This document shows positions 10,219 through 19,976 of a stretch of 64,000 bases of DNA, one piece after another. How positions within the stretch are numbered: position 1 is the stretch's first letter; each line of letters starts with the position of its first letter. Location: positions 10,255 through 74,254 of the forward strand of contig JAZKIP010000004.1 of assembly GCA_040384805.1 (NCBI GenBank), given 5' to 3'. Source of the DNA: Patescibacteria group bacterium. Lineage in GTDB: Bacteria; Patescibacteriota; Minisyncoccia; Phycocordibacterales; UBA9973. The notes under the pieces were generated by a model. That model searched no databases. It was given only the letters and a program-made list of their open reading frames with translations, and was not told the origin of the DNA. The position numbers and the translations under genes are program-made.

Positions 10219-10612
10219 TTCTAAAAAATCCCCCCGACCGTGCGTCGGGGGGATTTTTTAATTGCCTTTTCTTTTTGTACAAAAAGAAAAGGCCTAGGAG
10301 TCAATTCTCAGTTTTCCGGGTGGAAGCGAGGACTGGCTCCTGGGCCTTTTGGCTTTTTAGGAACGCGCACTGTGTAGTGCTCTATGAATGAACGAATTAT
10401 TCGTCTGTAATTATTTCCCTAATGTGTGAGTCTCATATAGACCGGATATTGGAAACAATGCAGTGAAAGCAACTTGCATACATTATACAACAGGAACCCG
10501 TTAAAATCAAAGAAAGGTGGGGATAAGTCATTATATTAGAAGAATCTATTTTGACAGATCTAAGTTTTTATGTTAAAAAGGAGGAAAATCGTAATCACCT
10601 TAAAACTTTCAT

Positions 10613-11080
10613 ATGCAAATCAAGACACGTATTACCGAAAAACAGCAATTATTGAAGCAATATGCCCATAAACTGTATGAAATTATTCAAACCAAAGATC
10701 CTATCTTCCGGCTCTCTTTTGCCTCTTTTTTCAAGAAAAGAAGATTCTCGGAAAAAGAAGAAGCTCTCCGTTATGCTATCCTGTATACTTTTTGGGATAG
10801 ATTCACAGGTCATACCCTCAGAAAGGAGATGGAAAAAGTATTCGGCAAAATCTCCGATGATGTTTTAAAGAAAATATTCAACGAGCACGAATGGCGGATA
10901 ACATCTCTTCCGGGTTACAGAGTATTCCGAAATTATCTGCGAAATGATGCATCTCTGACTGAAATTAAGATGAATATTGAATCGCTGATGAATCGAATTG
11001 AAAATCCTATTCTTTTAATTACTCCCAAGATGGATAATGGATCTCCCTTTATTTTGGCCTTAAGCATTTGCTTATGGTAA
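10613..11080 (+). CDS. hypothetical protein
   Basis: 155-aa ORF downstream of TTGACA at 10551. Confidence 0.55.
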   Translation: MQIKTRITEKQQLLKQYAHKLYEIIQTKDPIFRLSFASFFKKRRFSEKEEALRYAILYTFWDRFTGHTLRKEMEKVFGKISDDVLKKIFNEHEWRITSLPGYRVFRNYLRNDASLTEIKMNIESLMNRIENPILLITPKMDNGSPFILALSICLW

Positions 11081-11367
11081 TGAGAATATTTTCTATCCTT
11101 GAGAAGGAAACCGGATTTACAAAAGAGCAGATCAGGGAAAAATCAGGAGAAGGCAAATTGGTAAGAATACGTTGTCTCGTTCTTGCGGCATTTGGCGGAT
11201 TTTATCCGCAGGCGCCATTAAAAGTCCGCAGTTCTATTGTCGGCGGGCATGAGCATACGAAAGCATTATATTACCAGAAGCGCCATAAAGAGGAATTTTC
11301 AGTTTTTGATGATGAATACAAGGAAATTCTTTATATCGTAGTGAAAAGATTGAATCAGAGTTTTTAA
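11080..11367 (+). CDS. hypothetical protein with weak resemblance to DnaA C-terminal HTH
   Basis: TAATG coupling to upstream ORF; GGHEHTKALY resembles GGRDHTTVLH. Confidence 0.45.
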   Translation: MRIFSILEKETGFTKEQIREKSGEGKLVRIRCLVLAAFGGFYPQAPLKVRSSIVGGHEHTKALYYQKRHKEEFSVFDDEYKEILYIVVKRLNQSF

Positions 11368-11447
11368 AGCAGTTTTTTTCTAGAGTATCTCCGAAAGGGG
11401 ATGCTTTTTTGATTCTTTGGATAGTCAAAACAGTTTATTAATGCATG

Positions 11448-11557
11448 TGTGCCGAGGAGAGGACTTAATTATAAACATACTTTCCGACCGATCATATATG
11501 GAAAGTCTATACAGTAAGCTCCTCTTTATCAAGGCTATGCAGAAAGAGGAGACAATA
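11448..11557 (-). repeat. 110-bp direct repeat, copy 1 (two hairpins plus tRNA-3'-like end)
   Basis: 107/110 identical to 12997-13106 by manual alignment. Confidence 0.9.
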
Positions 11558-11572
11558 ACCTAAACATCAAGA

Positions 11573-12721
11573 TTATCGAGAATCAGCAAAGATATCTACA
11601 TATTTCTTATAAATATAAGATTGACCATATTTCTTATCTTTATCTTTTTGAGAAAGGATACCCATTTCAATAAAGCGATCAATAACTATTTGTGCACCAA
11701 CACGGGTGAATCCGGTCCATTTCTGAATAAGAGCAATATTTACAATTGGCTGTCCATAAAGTTTTGGTAAAACAACCATAGAGCTCTCAGAAGCACGCTT
11801 GCCGAGCATCTGTACTTTTTCCATATCTTTCTCACGAAGAGTAGTAACTTTACTCACAATATCAATTGCTTCATTTGCAATCTCAATTACACCATCAAGA
11901 AAGAAATCTACCCATTCAGAGACTTCGCCCTTGTGATAGCCAAAAAGTCTCTCATAATAAAGCTCTTTGTGCTTCTTGAAGAATGAAGACAGGAATAGGA
12001 CGGGCTTTTCAAGATAACCCTCTTTCCAAAGATAGAATGTAATGAGCATTCGCCCTGTTCTTCCATTACCATCAAGGAATGGGTGAATTATCTCAAACTG
12101 TGCATGAATGAGTGCTGATTTTATGACTGTGAGTATAGCATCATTAGAATGCATGAACTTTTCAAGGTCAGTAAGTGCTTCATTCATTTCAGCTACTGGA
12201 GGAGGAACAAAGCGAGCATTATCGGGGCGCGTACCACCGATCCAGTTTTGACTTTTACGAAATTCTCCTGGATCAGAAAAGTGGGTAGCACGGGCTTCAT
12301 GCATAAGTTTCTTGTGCAATTCTCGTATGAAGCGGAGAGTCAAAGGAAAGTCATCATCAGTCACACGCTTCATTCCATAGTTTAGAGCGTTGATGTAATG
12401 TAAGATGTCGTCAACATCTTCAGGAATATTTGTATTGATTTGCACTTCTGCTTCAATGGCGTCTACCATTGTCGCCATCGTTCCTTCTATCTGACTTGAT
12501 GATGCGGCATCTTTTCTTAAGTACATCAGTAAGAAAAAATCAGCATCGGGAAGAAGTTTAGTAATACCATCAAGTTTGCCGAGAAGTCGTGTTGCTTGAT
12601 CACTTTTCTTGAGAATTATAGGGTCAAACTCAAAATAACCTTTTGGTGGGAAAGGTCCTGGAATGAAGGCTTTAAACCCCTCAGGCTGAGCTTTAATTGT
12701 TCCAATTTCAAAGGATTTCAT
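11573..12721 (-). CDS. Fic-family protein (AMPylase motif intact)
   Basis: HPFLDGNGRTGR and SSQIEG motifs, C-terminal HTH-like region. Confidence 0.95.
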   Translation of the reverse strand: MKSFEIGTIKAQPEGFKAFIPGPFPPKGYFEFDPIILKKSDQATRLLGKLDGITKLLPDADFFLLMYLRKDAASSSQIEGTMATMVDAIEAEVQINTNIPEDVDDILHYINALNYGMKRVTDDDFPLTLRFIRELHKKLMHEARATHFSDPGEFRKSQNWIGGTRPDNARFVPPPVAEMNEALTDLEKFMHSNDAILTVIKSALIHAQFEIIHPFLDGNGRTGRMLITFYLWKEGYLEKPVLFLSSFFKKHKELYYERLFGYHKGEVSEWVDFFLDGVIEIANEAIDIVSKVTTLREKDMEKVQMLGKRASESSMVVLPKLYGQPIVNIALIQKWTGFTRVGAQIVIDRFIEMGILSQKDKDKKYGQSYIYKKYVDIFADSR

Positions 12722-12799
12722 AGCTTGTTTACATGTTTATTTGAATGTATACAAAGTATATCAGTTTGTATACATTGAGTCAATAGATGTAAACAAACT

Positions 12800-12900
12800 T
12801 TATATCACTTCCTGCTGATAACACTTCTCGCAATATATAATTTCAGATCTTTCAGGTGAATAAGAGGTTTCAAATTCATTTAAGCAATTTCCCTCATGGG
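12800..12900 (-). pseudogene. C-terminal remnant of a paralog of the CxxC-rich gene at 13112-14839
   Basis: Translates HEGNCLNEFETSYSPERSEIIYCEKCYQQEVI* versus CSNEFETAYSPDQPDIVYCESCYQQEVV*; no start codon. Confidence 0.85.
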
Positions 12901-12996
12901 AGATTTTGAGTTTAGAGAAGGTATTTTACAAAAGTGTTAATCGAGAAAATCCTGCTAAATCAACGGGTTCTTCTCGATTTATAAAATCTTCTCAAC

Positions 12997-13106
12997 TGTG
13001 CCGAGGACAGGACTTAATTATAAACATACTTTCCGACCGATCATATATGGAAAGTCTATACAGTAAGCTCCTCTTTATCAAGGCTATGCAGAAAGAAGAG
13101 ATAATA
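12997..13106 (-). repeat. 110-bp direct repeat, copy 2
   Basis: 107/110 identical to 11448-11557. Confidence 0.9.
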
Positions 13107-13111
13107 GGTAC

Positions 13112-14839
13112 TTAAACTACTTCTTGTTGATAACAGGATTCACAGTAGACTATATCTGGTTGGTCAGGAGAATAGGCTGTTTCAAACTCGTTCGAGCAGT
13201 TTTCCTTCATACATTTTCTCTGATAAAGATTAATACCTGTTCTTTGCTTAAGTCTTTCGAAAGTTCTACAGTTTGAACACAAGCGTGGTAATGGAACTCC
13301 AAGCTTTCGATACATCTGTAACTCATCAGGGATTATCTTAAATGCTGTCGTACAGAGTTGATTACATTCACCCCTATGAGCGCATCGGATCACTTTGTTC
13401 AGGATATCCTCATTTACATCTTTTATATGATTGGGTAAATCTTCAGACTCTATGTCTATACTATAATTTCTTTCTATATCATCTTCCCACACATACCCTG
13501 CCTTTCTAGCTTCTTCTTTAGTCAGAGGGAAATATTCTTGTGCGAGAGTAGTATGATACGAAACTGGGGAGAGTTCTGCGGGAAAAAATTCTCCGTACTT
13601 ATAGATATTTCCATTTTTATCTACATACGGCATATCATCTATGTGTTTTTTAATTTTCTCAACAAGCGTGAGGTACTCTTCCTTCGTATATTCTTTGTTC
13701 AAAATACAATATTTCTTGTTGCGAAGCCCGATACACGCAAAAAGATTCTCGGATCCTCTAGTGCAGAACATCGAGTACTCCAAGTCATGCACATTTTCTT
13801 GGCAGAGGACGCAGAACTTGATATTTTGAGTTCCCACACCGCAAGAGTGGCATTCGTATACAAGCTGATTATTATCACCCCATATAGAATAGTCCATACA
13901 ATCTTCACTTCCTGGAGATTCTTGAACATACTGACAATAGCGCATATTCCGACTATCGCGTACAAGCATAGATTTGTGTATGTCTTTGGAGTGATCTATA
14001 TAATTACCAGAAACTTTATCATTTTGGAGTCCTTCAATGAATTTATTTGGAAATTTTAGCCAAAATTCTGCAACCTGTTTTTTAATTTCTGTAAGATTTT
14101 TATAAGAGCCGATATCGAAAGATTTTATTTTCTCTTCGCATTCTTCTTTAGAGTATTCTTCATTGAAGATACAGTATGACTTCTTGCGGAGATTCACACA
14201 ACCAAAGCAATCATTACAGCCCACACAATTCTTGGAAAACATCATATTGAAAGAGTTTACGCATTGTGAGGAGAAGAGTGAGTTATTACATTGAGTAAGC
14301 CAAAATCCTTCATAGCAAAATTCACATTTAGAAATGTGAGAAATGTCTATGCAGAAGCGTGATTGATTGATTCCGTGACCGTACATACAATCCTCTGGCT
14401 CTTTTGTATTAAAAACTAGATAGCTATTCTTTGGGTTACTCGCATGATTTGCGTATGGGCTGTTAACCTCGAATGTAACTCCTCGGTCTCGAATCGGCAC
14501 TCTCTTTAAAAGCTCGAAAAATTGGACAAAGAATGGCTTGGAAAAATCATAGTCCACTCCATACTCCATAGGATCCCATTCGTCTCCTTGCCATATTTCA
14601 TTCTCATACACTTTAATTCCTGATTCTGGTGAGAACATAGCAAGAATATCTTTCCCAGTGAAATCAGTCTTTCTTTTATAAAGCACTCTCTCATTGCGAA
14701 AAGTGAATCGTCTTTGCGCTCGGCATATATAGCAAAAAGTTGGAGGAGGAACTTTTATCTTCTCATAAAATGAAAAATCGTCAGGTTCAATATTAAAGGA
14801 GTTTTTACAGTTTTGGCAATTTCGAGTCTCAGGATTCAT
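13112..14839 (-). CDS. CxxC-rich (zinc-ribbon/beta-helix) protein of a family common in CPR bacteria
   Basis: CQNC...PPPTFCYICR...CFGCVNLRKKSYCIFN...YCESCYQQEV. Confidence 0.85.
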   Translation of the reverse strand: MNPETRNCQNCKNSFNIEPDDFSFYEKIKVPPPTFCYICRAQRRFTFRNERVLYKRKTDFTGKDILAMFSPESGIKVYENEIWQGDEWDPMEYGVDYDFSKPFFVQFFELLKRVPIRDRGVTFEVNSPYANHASNPKNSYLVFNTKEPEDCMYGHGINQSRFCIDISHISKCEFCYEGFWLTQCNNSLFSSQCVNSFNMMFSKNCVGCNDCFGCVNLRKKSYCIFNEEYSKEECEEKIKSFDIGSYKNLTEIKKQVAEFWLKFPNKFIEGLQNDKVSGNYIDHSKDIHKSMLVRDSRNMRYCQYVQESPGSEDCMDYSIWGDNNQLVYECHSCGVGTQNIKFCVLCQENVHDLEYSMFCTRGSENLFACIGLRNKKYCILNKEYTKEEYLTLVEKIKKHIDDMPYVDKNGNIYKYGEFFPAELSPVSYHTTLAQEYFPLTKEEARKAGYVWEDDIERNYSIDIESEDLPNHIKDVNEDILNKVIRCAHRGECNQLCTTAFKIIPDELQMYRKLGVPLPRLCSNCRTFERLKQRTGINLYQRKCMKENCSNEFETAYSPDQPDIVYCESCYQQEVV

Positions 14840-14914
14840 ACATGTATTATATCAGTTTCTATTCCAATCTAGGTCATCAAAAATGACCTTTGTAAAATAG
14901 AGATGAAATTCGTG

Positions 14915-14987
14915 TGCGCCCGGTAGGAATCGAACCTACGACCATCTCCTTAAAAGGGAGCTGCTCTACCGACTGAGCTACGGGCGC
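14915..14987 (-). tRNA. tRNA-Lys(TTT)
   Basis: GCGCCCG/CGGGCGC acceptor stem, TAGCTCAGTCGGTAGAGCA D arm, loop CTTTTAA, GGTTCGATTCC; CCA not encoded. Confidence 0.95.
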
Positions 14988-15217
14988 GTGATAAATAAGT
15001 TATATTATAAGGCTAAAATCTTATTTTGTGGGCTAGGAATGACCTATCTAAGTAGACCAACTCCCTAAATCAGATAAATACTCTGCAATCAATATTATTG
15101 ATTAATAAAACCGACTTTCCCAATATAGCAGACTTTTTGTTCAATCGCCAATGCTGTAATTGACTTTAAGTGTGGCATAGACTGATCTAAGAAGAATATA
15201 TGCTAATATATTGAAAT

Positions 15218-16264
15218 ATGGAGAATATGCAATTTAATCCTAAAATGGAAATGCAGAAAAAGCTCGGTATGGATTTTGTTTCCCTGTATACACCTACCGT
15301 AGTAAATGAAATAAAAAATATATTAGAATCATCTTTAGTTCAAGATGGAATAAAGCTTTCAGAGAAAGGGGTAAAGATAGGGGTAACGAAAGGTATTTTT
15401 AATATTAAAATAGGATTATCCAAGAAAAACATATTTAAAACTTCGATGCTTGAAGCCGAAATAATAATCGGCAATCAAAGCAACTCCATAGAGGTCAAAA
15501 GCGAATCCTATGAAGGGAACGATGCTTTGAAAGAAAAAATAAAACCTTTAATAAAGAATCTTATTTCAGAACTTAAGAAATTTATTGAGAACAAATTCAA
15601 AGAAAAACCGCTCCAAATACAAATACAAGGAGAGAGTCTTGAGATAGGATTTGAAAAAATGTTTGAAGAAAAACCTCTATACGATGGCAAGACATGGAAT
15701 TTAAAAAGTAAAAGTAAAGATGGTTCTGAAGTTACTCTGCAAGATTCTCAGGGCGAACTTAAAAAAGTTAAAGCTGAGCAAGTCGTAATTCTTCTTCCGG
15801 AAGATAGATTTAAAATGCCCGAGCATATAAAAAATAATGATCTTGAAAAAAGAAGATGGGAAGAACTTCACAAGGTTCCCTTGGAAAAAATCCCTTTTTA
15901 TTTTAGACCACTGCTGGTAGGTTTTGGGCCAGTGCCAATGTATCCAAACCAGTGGGACGATCTGGAAAAATATGTGGTAGAAGAATCTTCTGACACAGCA
16001 GACAGAACCACATTTATGAGAGGATTGTCTGATAATTATTTTATCAATGAACGCAAAGAGCTTGAAGAATTGCACAAAGGCAAAACTCTTCCTTACGATG
16101 AAGATAGTATTTGGGGGACTTTAGTTTTTAAAACTTTAACCTACTTTGGAAAAGCTAAAAAAGCTGGACTAATAAAGCAATCTTTAGAAGAATTCTTACA
16201 AGATACCCACAAAGAAATCAATCAAAAGTTTGATGATGAAGCTCGGAGCAATACTAAACTTTAG
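15218..16264 (+). CDS. hypothetical protein, AT-rich
   Basis: 348-aa Lys/Glu-rich ORF, no recognised motif. Confidence 0.7.
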   Translation: MENMQFNPKMEMQKKLGMDFVSLYTPTVVNEIKNILESSLVQDGIKLSEKGVKIGVTKGIFNIKIGLSKKNIFKTSMLEAEIIIGNQSNSIEVKSESYEGNDALKEKIKPLIKNLISELKKFIENKFKEKPLQIQIQGESLEIGFEKMFEEKPLYDGKTWNLKSKSKDGSEVTLQDSQGELKKVKAEQVVILLPEDRFKMPEHIKNNDLEKRRWEELHKVPLEKIPFYFRPLLVGFGPVPMYPNQWDDLEKYVVEESSDTADRTTFMRGLSDNYFINERKELEELHKGKTLPYDEDSIWGTLVFKTLTYFGKAKKAGLIKQSLEEFLQDTHKEINQKFDDEARSNTKL

Positions 16265-16497
16265 CTCTTTCTCTAATCACTTTAAAGGTTATTCAAATCC
16301 ATTTGACTTCGCACAGATCCTCTATAGATAGGTCTGTGCAGTTGAAATTGATGAGCCACGGGCGCGCGATCTTGTAAAAGTTATTTCGCAAGTACACTCA
16401 AAAGTATCATATTTTATGGCAAAAAACAACCAGATAATTAAATACCCTTATGCCACTCTCTATTGACATATGATCTACAATCTGTTATATTGTGCGA

Positions 16498-18276
16498 ATG
16501 ATATATAACCTTAAAAGAGGATTAGGTAAGGCTTTTAATAAAAAACAACTTTCAGCATTCATAATCGCAGTGGTTATTTTCTCTTCTTTTAACATCGCTA
16601 CAACGCAGGCATTCTCGTCCAAAGGATCATTAAGCGCGGATTTCAGGGAAAACAAGATCGAAATTACCCAAGATGCGCCTTCTCCTAAGCCGATTACAGC
16701 AGATGCCCTTATTTTTAACACAGATGCGCCCCAAGCGATAAAGGCTGATGCTATAACACCACCTGCACACCCGCTTACAACGGACCTTATTCCCACGAAA
16801 GAAGTTGCGCCAAACAAACCAATGAGTCCGTCTCTGATGGTTACGTCTCCGAATGGCAATGAAATATATACCGAAGGACAACAGATCAATGTCACATGGA
16901 TCGCGTCTTCTATATCCTCAACCGCGTCTATAATAATCTCACTTGTCGTTTCTGACCAGAATGACACTTTGCTTGGAGATATGACATTACTAGTATCGAC
17001 GCCCAATGACGGACAGCAGATGGTAACATTGCCCACGATAGATTATATTCAACGCATAGTCCCGGAATTCAACATTGTTGTCCCCGGAAGACACTTCAAG
17101 ATTCTTGTCGGAAGCGATGATGTAAATTCTCCTCTCTACGATTTTTCCGATGACCTTTTCTCAATCAGTAAGCCATCATCGACAGCTTGTACTATTAACT
17201 CTTTTATCGTACCAACACAGACGATTGCATCACAGTTAAGCGCAACAGTCTCGTGGTCTTCCGATTGCAGTAATGTAATTCTTGAAGCAAACTCCGGTTC
17301 ATATACGCTCCGCCATGCCGGGAACGGGACGGGAAGATATACGTTCTCCGCGCCGCGCGGAACCACGTTTTCAAGCGCAGATAACACCCTTGATATGACA
17401 ATCATCGGAGGAAATAATACTGTTGGTGCAGGAACTGTGTCTGTGACAAAATCCGTACCGATCATTAATATTGCCAATCCCGCTTCAAACCAATGTGATT
17501 TCCTCTCTCTTTCCGGGGAGTCGGTTCCTTTTTCTCAGGGAATGGAGGCGCATTTACAATGGCAAGCTCCTGCAGGATGCATGGTTTATGTCGAAGCATG
17601 GAGAGCGACTCCCAACGGATTAGAAAGCAAGTCCATTTTCAAACCCGTAACGTATTATTTCAATGCCGCTGACTCTGTGAACGTGCCGCTTGTGGAAGAC
17701 TCGACGACATTCTACATTTCAGCCCAAGCCGGCTCTCAAAACTCTTCCGGAAGCAGGATGGTTCTTTCCGCCAAGACGATCGATGTGAAGCAAAATGTCT
17801 CACCGCAGATGTGTCTACAATCCACACCGGGCTTTCACATTGTTGCACTCAATTCAAACTCTCCCGCGTCGGCTATGATTCGTCGCGGCGCTACTAATGT
17901 CGAATTTGGCCGATTCGATATAGTTAATACTGGCCAAATCGATATTTGCGGATTAAATAGTATCCAAATCGGCTCACATAGTAATAATAATCTGACGAAT
18001 ATTCGAATGGTCGACGCTTCTACCGGATCTCAAATCGGGCAAACTGCAGCAATGGTCAATAATAATGGATCATATTATTATGAATGGATAAATCCAGCAT
18101 CTCCCATACAACTTTCCATTGGCATGACAAAAACAATCAAGATAGTCGCCGATGTTCCTCTTTCAGTGTCGACAGGAATTGCTCGATTGGGAATTTTGGG
18201 GACTAATTTTATATTCCCTGGAGCGTATGCAAATACTTCCATGCCTGTTTTAGGGAATGTGATGATGATTCGATAA
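16498..18276 (+). CDS. exported Ser/Thr-rich surface protein
   Basis: N-terminal hydrophobic segment, VTSPNGNE...INVTW and D.SDD.FSI motifs; TTGACA-17-TATATT promoter at 16463-16491. Confidence 0.75.
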   Translation: MIYNLKRGLGKAFNKKQLSAFIIAVVIFSSFNIATTQAFSSKGSLSADFRENKIEITQDAPSPKPITADALIFNTDAPQAIKADAITPPAHPLTTDLIPTKEVAPNKPMSPSLMVTSPNGNEIYTEGQQINVTWIASSISSTASIIISLVVSDQNDTLLGDMTLLVSTPNDGQQMVTLPTIDYIQRIVPEFNIVVPGRHFKILVGSDDVNSPLYDFSDDLFSISKPSSTACTINSFIVPTQTIASQLSATVSWSSDCSNVILEANSGSYTLRHAGNGTGRYTFSAPRGTTFSSADNTLDMTIIGGNNTVGAGTVSVTKSVPIINIANPASNQCDFLSLSGESVPFSQGMEAHLQWQAPAGCMVYVEAWRATPNGLESKSIFKPVTYYFNAADSVNVPLVEDSTTFYISAQAGSQNSSGSRMVLSAKTIDVKQNVSPQMCLQSTPGFHIVALNSNSPASAMIRRGATNVEFGRFDIVNTGQIDICGLNSIQIGSHSNNNLTNIRMVDASTGSQIGQTAAMVNNNGSYYYEWINPASPIQLSIGMTKTIKIVADVPLSVSTGIARLGILGTNFIFPGAYANTSMPVLGNVMMIR

Positions 18277-18280
18277 AGCA

Positions 18281-18760
18281 ATGAGAAAAACAACCCTCCC
18301 CGTTTTAATTCTGCCCGATATCCGAAGCGCTCTTAATGTCGGCGCGATATTCCGGACGGCTGACGCGGTCGGGATCTCAAAAATATACCTCGTGGGCTAT
18401 ACGCCTCGGCCGACTGATCAATTCGGCAGAGTTCAGAAAGATATCGCTAAAGCGGCTCTCGGAGCGGAAACGTGGATACCATGGGAATACAAGAAAACTC
18501 TCATTCCTGTCATACGAAGTCTCAAAAAAGATGGTTTCACTATTGTCGCAATTGAGCAGGATGCGAAATCGATCGACTATAAAAAAATTAGGAAAACAGC
18601 AAAAATGGCTTTTATTATTGGCCCCGAAGTTGAAGGCTTAAGTGCCACGATTCTCAAAGAGTGCGATAGTATTGCCGAGATTCCCATGAAAGGAAAAAAG
18701 GAATCCCTTAATGTATCGGTTGCCGCAGGCGTTGCCCTGTTCCGTATCCTTGATAATTAA
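18281..18760 (+). CDS. SpoU/TrmH-family RNA methyltransferase
   Basis: NVGAIFRTAD, GPEVEG, IPMKGKKESLNVSVA. Confidence 0.93.
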   Translation: MRKTTLPVLILPDIRSALNVGAIFRTADAVGISKIYLVGYTPRPTDQFGRVQKDIAKAALGAETWIPWEYKKTLIPVIRSLKKDGFTIVAIEQDAKSIDYKKIRKTAKMAFIIGPEVEGLSATILKECDSIAEIPMKGKKESLNVSVAAGVALFRILDN

Positions 18761-18796
18761 AACCCCTACGATCATGATCGTAGGGGTTTTAATTAT
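18753..18796. terminator. perfect 44-bp palindrome between convergent genes
   Basis: ATAATTAAAACCCCTACGATCA|TGATCGTAGGGGTTTTAATTAT. Confidence 0.75.
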
Positions 18797-18977
18797 GGAT
18801 TCTGGACTTTTATCGTTCCGGTCGTGTATTCCTTTATAAACGGCTTGTCTTGGCTGTCGGTTCGCGACGGGCCGCCGGTAAAAGCCCATACAAGGAATAG
18901 TACGATCAAAAAGAAAACGATCATCATCCCAAAATTATCTCCTCCGTGCATATAAGTGAAATAGAAATTAGTAATAA

Positions 18978-19898
18978 TTATGAAAACAGTTTCTGATGCA
19001 TGCTGCAGAAATGCGCGCTTCGTCCGTTAATGACTTTTCTTAGTATAACACCTCGGCAGTTCGCTTTGCCACACGGCTCTCCCGTTCTCCGGTAGACATT
19101 ATGGTGGGACTGAAATGCGCCTCTTTTGCCGTCGATATCCCTGTAATCGGATGTCGAATCGCCTCCGAAATCAATGCCTTTTTTAAGAACGTCTTTCATT
19201 GCCGCATAGAGTTTTTTGAGTATCATAGCTGGCACTTTCGCTGATCGTGACTTCGGATGAATGCCTGAAAGCCACAGCATCTCATCGGAATAGATATTGC
19301 CGATACCCGCGATGACCGATTGATCCATCAGGACAGTCTTGATATTGCCGCTCGGCCTTTTGAGCAATCGTTGTTTGAATTTTTCAAAGGTAAAATTTTT
19401 CTCAAGTGGTTCCGGCCCAATACCTGACAGATGAATAGTTTGGTGAGCCGTATCAGTCGGCAGAATAACGACCTTGGCGAATTTGCGCATATCCGAGAGT
19501 ACTACCTGTTTGCCGTCTGAAAGTGTAAAGACGACATGGAGGAACTTATTGAACGGATCGAATAATTCTTTGCGTTCGCCCGGAGAGGGGATCCAGATGT
19601 TTTCTTTTTTCTTATAAATATATTTCCCGTAGATAATATGTCCGGTCATCTTCATATGAATGAGGATCGTCTTGTTGCCCGAGAGATTGATGAGAATATT
19701 CTTGGCGCGGCGCTCGACATTGATCACTTTCTGCCCACCAACTTGTTTCTTAAATGAAGCATACGAGGAAGAACTTTTTAGTGATTCGTGCACCCGGTCT
19801 TTCACAGGCAGATCGCTCCAGACATCGGTAATAACGAGCCCTAGCAGGACTTTCTGTAAACCTTTGACTGTGGTTGTTACTTCGGGAAGTTCGGGCAT
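18978..19898 (-). CDS. mutM: formamidopyrimidine-DNA glycosylase
   Basis: Starts MPELPEV; HMKMTG, GIGNIYSDE, C-terminal zinc finger. Confidence 0.97.
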   Translation of the reverse strand: MPELPEVTTTVKGLQKVLLGLVITDVWSDLPVKDRVHESLKSSSSYASFKKQVGGQKVINVERRAKNILINLSGNKTILIHMKMTGHIIYGKYIYKKKENIWIPSPGERKELFDPFNKFLHVVFTLSDGKQVVLSDMRKFAKVVILPTDTAHQTIHLSGIGPEPLEKNFTFEKFKQRLLKRPSGNIKTVLMDQSVIAGIGNIYSDEMLWLSGIHPKSRSAKVPAMILKKLYAAMKDVLKKGIDFGGDSTSDYRDIDGKRGAFQSHHNVYRRTGEPCGKANCRGVILRKVINGRSAHFCSMHQKLFS

Positions 19899-19976
19899 AT
19901 GAGTAATTATACCGTAAATAAAAAAACCCGGCGTCTTGGTAGAAACCAAAACACTGGGAAAACAAAAACTATGCAC

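Noticed and set aside
10287-10350. SRP (4.5S) RNA
   Set aside because: Lacks the CAGG...GNRA...AGCAG helix-8 signature.
12906-13115. 69-aa + strand ORF
   Set aside because: TTG start, lies over the duplicated non-coding element and a hairpin; likely spurious.
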